Positions 59,038 to 64,000 of a DNA stretch of 64,000 nt are shown here, piece by piece. A program made the translations under genes and the position numbers. The stretch is from assembly GCA_963845065.1 (NCBI GenBank), contig CAWJQQ010000009.1, positions 832,001-896,000 on the forward strand, read 5' to 3'. The notes beneath the pieces are model-generated. The model was given only the letters and a program-made list of their open reading frames with translations. It was not told the DNA's origin and made no database searches. Each line of letters begins with the position of its first letter. The stretch's first letter is position 1. The DNA comes from Nitrospirota bacterium. Its GTDB lineage: Bacteria > Nitrospirota > UBA9217.

Positions 59038-60354
59038 GTGACAACACAAACACAAATAGAGCATGCCCGCAGAGGGTTTGTTACACCGCAGATGGAGACA
59101 GTCGCAGCTGCTGAGGATGTCTCAATTGATTATGTCAGAACAATGGTGGCAGAGGGGAAGATCGTTATCCCCTGGAACAATATCAAACAACCGAAGGCTG
59201 TCGGCATTGGTAAAGGGCTTCGGACGAAGGTTAATGCATCGATCGGGACCTCATCGGATATCATCGATTATGCCGCGGAGATCAAGAAAGCGAGAACCGC
59301 CGAAACAGCGGGCGCAGACACACTTATGGAACTTTCTGTGGGTGGCGACCTGGACCGCGTGCGGCGAGAGGTAATTGCCTCGGTGGACATTCCTGTCGGC
59401 AATGTACCCTTGTACCAGGCTTTTTGCGAGGCCGGGAGGAAGTACGGCAATCCAAATAAACTTGATGAAGAGATGCTGTTCGACCTGATCGAACAGCAGT
59501 GTCAGGACGGGATTGCCTTTATGGCGATCCACTGCGGAATTAACCTCTATACCATTGAGCGACTGAGAAAGCAAGGCTATCGATATGGCGGACTGGTGAG
59601 CAAGGGCGGGGTCAGTATGGTTGCCTGGATGATCGCAAATAACCGAGAAAACCCGCTTTATGAAAAGTTTGACCGAGTGATATCCATCTTGAAAAAATAT
59701 GATGTAGTCCTTTCACTCGGAAATGGTCTCAGGGCAGGGGCTATCCATGATTCTTCCGACAGGGCGCAAATACAGGAGTTGGTCATCAACTGTGAGTTGT
59801 CGGAAATTGGCCGAGAAATGGGTTGCCAGATGCTCGTCGAGGGGCCAGGGCACGTACCACTCGACGAGATCGAGGGGAATATTCAACTGCAAAAAAGAAT
59901 GAGCGGAGGGGCTCCATATTATATGCTTGGTCCCATATCCACTGACGTGGCGCCAGGTTTTGACCATATCACTGCAGCCATCGGTGCGGCGCAGTCCAGC
60001 CGATATGGTGCGGACCTTATTTGTTACATTACCCCTGCCGAGCATCTTGCGTTACCGAATGAGGACGACGTGCGCCAGGGAGTGCAGGCGGCCAAGATAG
60101 CAGCATATATTGGTGATATGAACAAATATCCGGAGAAGGGAAGACAGCGCGACATGGAGATGAGCAAAGCGCGCCGGGACCTCAATTGGGAAAAACAATT
60201 CAAACTCGCGCTCTATCCTGAGGAAGCGATGGCAATTCGTAAAAGCCGCATGCCAGAGCAGCAAGATTCATGTACGATGTGCGGGAGTTTTTGCGCAGCG
60301 AAGGGTGCGGCAAAACTATTTACGAACTACTTACAATTGAATGAAAAATTGTAA
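59038..60354 (+). CDS. bzaF: ThiC paralog, 5-hydroxybenzimidazole synthase
   Basis: TKVNASIGTS, GADTLMELS, EGPGHVP, YITPAEHL and CTMCGSFC motifs; controlled by a B12 rather than a TPP riboswitch and adjacent to bzaCDE. Confidence 0.85.
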   Translation: MTTQTQIEHARRGFVTPQMETVAAAEDVSIDYVRTMVAEGKIVIPWNNIKQPKAVGIGKGLRTKVNASIGTSSDIIDYAAEIKKARTAETAGADTLMELSVGGDLDRVRREVIASVDIPVGNVPLYQAFCEAGRKYGNPNKLDEEMLFDLIEQQCQDGIAFMAIHCGINLYTIERLRKQGYRYGGLVSKGGVSMVAWMIANNRENPLYEKFDRVISILKKYDVVLSLGNGLRAGAIHDSSDRAQIQELVINCELSEIGREMGCQMLVEGPGHVPLDEIEGNIQLQKRMSGGAPYYMLGPISTDVAPGFDHITAAIGAAQSSRYGADLICYITPAEHLALPNEDDVRQGVQAAKIAAYIGDMNKYPEKGRQRDMEMSKARRDLNWEKQFKLALYPEEAMAIRKSRMPEQQDSCTMCGSFCAAKGAAKLFTNYLQLNEKL

Positions 60355-60367
60355 TGTGATGAACGCA

Positions 60368-60394
60368 CCACCCCATCCTGTGAGGATGGGGTGG
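60368..60394 (+). terminator. GC-rich hairpin after bzaF (probable terminator)
   Basis: CCACCCCATCC-TGTGA-GGATGGGGTGG; weak T tract. Confidence 0.55.
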
Positions 60395-60710
60395 GCGGTT
60401 GCTGTCTGGCAGGGCGGTCGGTACATGGAGCTGTTAATTTTTTAATTGAGTATCATGCTGCTCATTTCAAAAAACAGCGTCGTTATTTATTGGAGCTTAA
60501 AAAAACCGCTATAATTATAAAAAGCATAAAAAAAGGAGTAAACCGAAAGTACGCATCAGTTAAAGTATTTTGTGAAATTGAAGCTTGACAATGAGCTTGT
60601 TGTTTAAGATATCCATTGATATAGCCTTCTGTGGGTGTGCTGCCTTATGTCGCTTTTGAGTTATCAGTTGAAAAGCATGCAAAAAAAATTATGTAGGTAA
60701 GGAGGTCACC

Positions 60711-61493
60711 ATGCACTATGCCATCCCCGTCCTTTTTATGCTCATGTTTGCCGTGAAAGCGAATGCCGCTGTCCGTACGGAACTTATCGAATATAAACAG
60801 GGAGAAGTTACCCTCGAAGGATATTTGGCTTACGACGACACGATCAAAGGAAACCGTCCCGGCGTGCTCGTGGTCCACGAGTGGTGGGGCATAAACGATT
60901 ATATTAAAAGGCGGACTGAACAGATAGCTCAGCTCGGCTACATAGCATTTGCGGCCGATATCTACGGCAAGGGCAATCGGGCGAAAACGCCACAAGAAGC
61001 CATGGCCCTTGCAGGGAAGTTCCGCAGCGGGAACGACAGAAATCTGCTTCGAGCTCGCGTAAATGCAGGGCTTGACGTACTGAAAAAAAAATCCCTGGTT
61101 GATCCTAAGCGCATTGCCGCCATCGGGTATTGCTTCGGCGGTACGACGGTACTGGAGCTAGCCAGGAGCGGTGCAGACATTGCGGGGGTCGTTAGTTTTC
61201 ATGGTGGGCTTGAGACGCCAAACCCTGATGATGCAAAGAATATCAGAGCCAAAGTAGTTGTGCTCACCGGTGCCGACGACCCTGCGGTAAAACCTGAGCA
61301 CGTGGTCGCCTTTGAGGACGAGATGGACAAGGCTGGCGTAGACTGGTATATGGTCAGTTACGGTCATTCAGTGCATGGTTTCACCAATCCTGAGAACGGA
61401 ACCGATAATACCAAAGGAGTTGCCTACAATGAAAAAGCTGATAAACGGTCATGGCAGGCCATGAGGAATTTTTTCGAGGAGATATTCAAATAG
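60711..61493 (+). CDS. Secreted dienelactone hydrolase family protein
   Basis: Signal peptide; HEWWG, GYCFGG, SFHG and HGF motifs. Confidence 0.92.
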   Translation: MHYAIPVLFMLMFAVKANAAVRTELIEYKQGEVTLEGYLAYDDTIKGNRPGVLVVHEWWGINDYIKRRTEQIAQLGYIAFAADIYGKGNRAKTPQEAMALAGKFRSGNDRNLLRARVNAGLDVLKKKSLVDPKRIAAIGYCFGGTTVLELARSGADIAGVVSFHGGLETPNPDDAKNIRAKVVVLTGADDPAVKPEHVVAFEDEMDKAGVDWYMVSYGHSVHGFTNPENGTDNTKGVAYNEKADKRSWQAMRNFFEEIFK

Positions 61494-61845
61494 CGAAGCA
61501 GTACTGTTCTGCTGCAGTAGATAGTCTAGTTGAATAAAAGACTATTGTTTTAGGAATGGTGCTACCGGTGGTCAGGCACAGACCCACCCTATGCTGGTTT
61601 CTACCTACTAATCTATTTTTGATTGCCTGAGCAGACACACGCTCATAGATTCACCCTCCATAGTTCTTTTTAGGTTCTTCATCTTTTTCTATTTTATCAT
61701 CCAATCTAGAAAACCCAGTTTCCAATACTGGGTATGAAGACAGCCAGGATGAACTAGAGGCTGGATCGATTGTGTTTGAACTGAAAACCACGGGCTTTGG
61801 ACGTGAGTAGTTCATTTTGGAACTGAGACGAGTCTGGATTTACAA

Positions 61846-63069
61846 TCAAAACGCCCAATAGGGTCCCGTTCCGAGGCTCGATGCTTTCCCGTCAATTCCC
61901 ACGTAAACGGTTCGTCCAAGGAAAAACGGGAGCCCCCAATCAAAGTAGCCTATGGCCGATCCGCCGAGGTCGGAGAACACGTTGTTGGACGAACTGAGAA
62001 GACTTGAAGCGTCACCTATCTCAAATGAAACTGTATTGCTTGGCGACCCGGTAAAACTCGAGTCCGTTGCGGAGAGGTTCGCTGTGGATGAAGGGCAATA
62101 AAAACCAGAATATTGACCGGTGCAGCCCAAAAGAACATTGTTTGGAGCGGGAAAATACAAAGCATTAGATCCACTGTCTATGAAACTCTGGCTATAGGTG
62201 ATACCGTTGAACACTGTGGTGAATTCTCCTAACGAGCGGTCTACGGAATATGTCGTGACCCCGGAAGGTGAATTGTTCGATTTGGTGCCGATCCCGAGCA
62301 CAAGGCTGCCGTTGACTGAGGTCGTCCCTCCGAGAGAAACAGTCGGAAACTGAAACATCACGCCGTTATTGTCCTGGGGGAGAAGCCCCACCGGGTTCTG
62401 TACTTGGCTGGCAAGGTCGGCAATAGATGAAGTGCAGGTTGAGCCGCTGCAGACATAATACATCCCGATGTTTGCACTCGCAGCGCATGCCGAACCGCAG
62501 TCGTCAGCAAAGACACCGACGCCTAGGATACCATTGAATCCAGTGGTGGACGGGCTTATGTCAGGGTTTGTGCAGGTATTGGGGATGGTCGAAAAGTTGG
62601 AATCGATGACCTGAATCGGGACCTGAACTGCTGGTTCGTTTCCCAGGATGACGTCTGCAGTTTGTACCGGACCCCAATCAGACGAACCATCGGCATATTG
62701 AACGCATTCCGCGAGCGAGCCTGAACCGCTATTTACCTGATTAAGAGAGAGGCCTGTCAGGAGCGAATTAAATATCCGTAGCCCATAGCTGCCGGTATCC
62801 AGCAGAATATCACTGATGGTCTGGCAGGTCGAAGTGCCAGGAGAACAGATTGTGACACTGACGCAGGGCTTGTTAGGATAGGAGCCGGTTGAGCACAGCG
62901 AACCGTTCACGGTAACGGTAAGTACGTTGCTCCCCGAAGATGAGCTGTTTCCGCTGGAACTTGGACTAGAACTTGGACTGGAACTGGAACTTGAATAGTA
63001 ATTTCCGCCACTGCAGCTGGTTACGAGTGCAAGGATCAGAGCAATAAAAAGCAGCTTATTTGATATCAT
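61846..63069 (-). CDS. DUF3443 family lipoprotein (aspartic-protease-like fold)
   Basis: Lipobox VTS-C and Ser linker; NKPCVSVT.C.PG, LLDTGSYGLR, FIDSGSN and FDWGLPFF.GR.VY motifs. Confidence 0.88.
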   Translation of the reverse strand: MISNKLLFIALILALVTSCSGGNYYSSSSSSPSSSPSSSGNSSSSGSNVLTVTVNGSLCSTGSYPNKPCVSVTICSPGTSTCQTISDILLDTGSYGLRIFNSLLTGLSLNQVNSGSGSLAECVQYADGSSDWGPVQTADVILGNEPAVQVPIQVIDSNFSTIPNTCTNPDISPSTTGFNGILGVGVFADDCGSACAASANIGMYYVCSGSTCTSSIADLASQVQNPVGLLPQDNNGVMFQFPTVSLGGTTSVNGSLVLGIGTKSNNSPSGVTTYSVDRSLGEFTTVFNGITYSQSFIDSGSNALYFPAPNNVLLGCTGQYSGFYCPSSTANLSATDSSFTGSPSNTVSFEIGDASSLLSSSNNVFSDLGGSAIGYFDWGLPFFLGRTVYVGIDGKASSLGTGPYWAF

Positions 63070-63440
63070 CAATGCTCACTCCTTGTGAGGTCAAGTCGGG
63101 CGCATAGGCCCAGCCCTGCAGGTTCCGAATATGTCCTCATTTTTCCACAACGACCCGGTTTGTTTTTACCTGGACGCACCTTAGAGTCGGCTGGCGTGGA
63201 ACCTGACCCAGGCTTTCTAATATTCACCGACATAGGGCCCCAAAAGCTGCGTAAGAACTGGATAGACTAGCCCATTCCATGCGATACCGAATATGATGCC
63301 GACAGGACTTTTTTGTCCGATTTAGCCGACTCAAGGGACTCGGCGAGGGCAGTATGTACCCGCTCTGCAGCTGCAGAAAGATAGATGATGATAAACAGGG
63401 TGTAAAGTATTATTTTATGGTCTGGAGTGTCCTCTTTCAG
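63056..63440 (-). pseudogene. DUF2844 family pseudogene
   Basis: Fragments ALAESLES..SD.K.LSA, GIAWNGLVYP.L.QLLG.Y..EY* and VVVEK*GH.RNLQG.AY.PDL...GVSIDDIK; stops plus an internal deletion; usual partner of DUF3443; 5' boundary approximate. Confidence 0.75.
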
Positions 63441-63847
63441 AGGGCGGTTCGAGTGCAGTTGACTCATCGAACTATCGTGGATGTCTTCGTGCTTAATGGT
63501 GTGATAGATCAATCCGTCCGCAAATTCGTCTTCTCCTAGGCCTTAGCCCCCGTGTAGTTTATGCATTATAACCAATTTAACAATAATTTTCCATTTGTTA
63601 ATAGACAATAGAAACACAATTTCTTATTTTTTTTATACTCATGCCAGAAAACCCCAGTTTCTAAAAAATGGTGGTGAATGCTGTCCGCAACCATTGGGAT
63701 GAAAACGGGAATTTAAACAAACTATAGAGTTGTCCACCGCTATGCTATGATAGACTGAGTATGGCAAACTCATAGCCGGGAACCATTATCGTTCACTCGC
63801 GTATTTATGTATACAAACCGAACAGAACTACGAGTCTAAGAGGTTTT

Positions 63848-64000
63848 ATGGACGATAATGATATCATAAAAGCCGTTCAAAAGGGAGATACTGAGTCCTT
63901 TTCCCTCCTAGTGGAGAAATATCATAATCACTTGCTGAATTTCATATACCGGATCGTTCGTGATGAAAAAATTGTGGAAGACATAGGCCAAGAGGTTTTC
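63848..64000 (+). CDS. ECF sigma factor, N-terminal part, runs off the window
   Basis: MDDNDIIKAVQKGDTESFSLLVEKYH..LLNFIYRIV.DE..VEDIGQEVF (sigma region 2). Confidence 0.88.
   Translation, partial: MDDNDIIKAVQKGDTESFSLLVEKYHNHLLNFIYRIVRDEKIVEDIGQEVF

Noticed and set aside
59038..60354. Annotation as thiamine biosynthesis thiC
   Set aside because: Preceded by a cobalamin rather than TPP riboswitch and adjacent to bzaCDE-like genes; bzaF fits better
63446..63472. GGTTCGAG hairpin as a tRNA T-arm
   Set aside because: No cloverleaf or CCA end can be built around it

Overview
Bacterial window from a Gram-negative, probably anaerobic organism; the gene content resembles Nitrospirota/Desulfobacterota-type genomes (inference). 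Layout: (1) 1-18 kb: a Y-family polymerase tail, pagL-like, fabZ-like and tatA genes, a decayed dedA fused to a tnpB remnant, and a cluster of repeat-rich surface lipoproteins. (2) 18-28 kb: an intact IS66 with an 8-bp target duplication, an exbB-exbD-tonB-TonB-dependent receptor operon with a perfect NikR-type palindrome over its -10, an IS200 relic and a 36% His protein. (3) 28.7-51.7 kb: a phosphate-starvation island. It holds a C-P lyase operon lacking phnN/phnP/phnF but carrying an endonuclease-IV-type TIM barrel and a methyltransferase, then phnDCE, a PHP-phosphoesterase/GT4 glycosyltransferase fusion with a frameshifted radical SAM gene, a GT87 and an orphan PhoB. Five of its promoters share one architecture: 11-bp-periodic Pho-type hexamers, a 9-bp gap, then TAnnnT. 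Miniature IS200/IS605-derived elements are scattered through it. (4) 54-60 kb: cobalamin-riboswitch-controlled bzaC-bzaD-bzaE and bzaF (anaerobic benzimidazole synthesis). (5) 60-64 kb: a dienelactone hydrolase, DUF3443, a DUF2844 pseudogene and the start of an ECF sigma factor. The best candidates for undescribed biology are the Pho-controlled PHP-GT4 (plus radical SAM and GT87) envelope-remodelling module and the TIM-barrel protein that may replace PhnP. All family calls come from motif recognition by eye; no database search was run.
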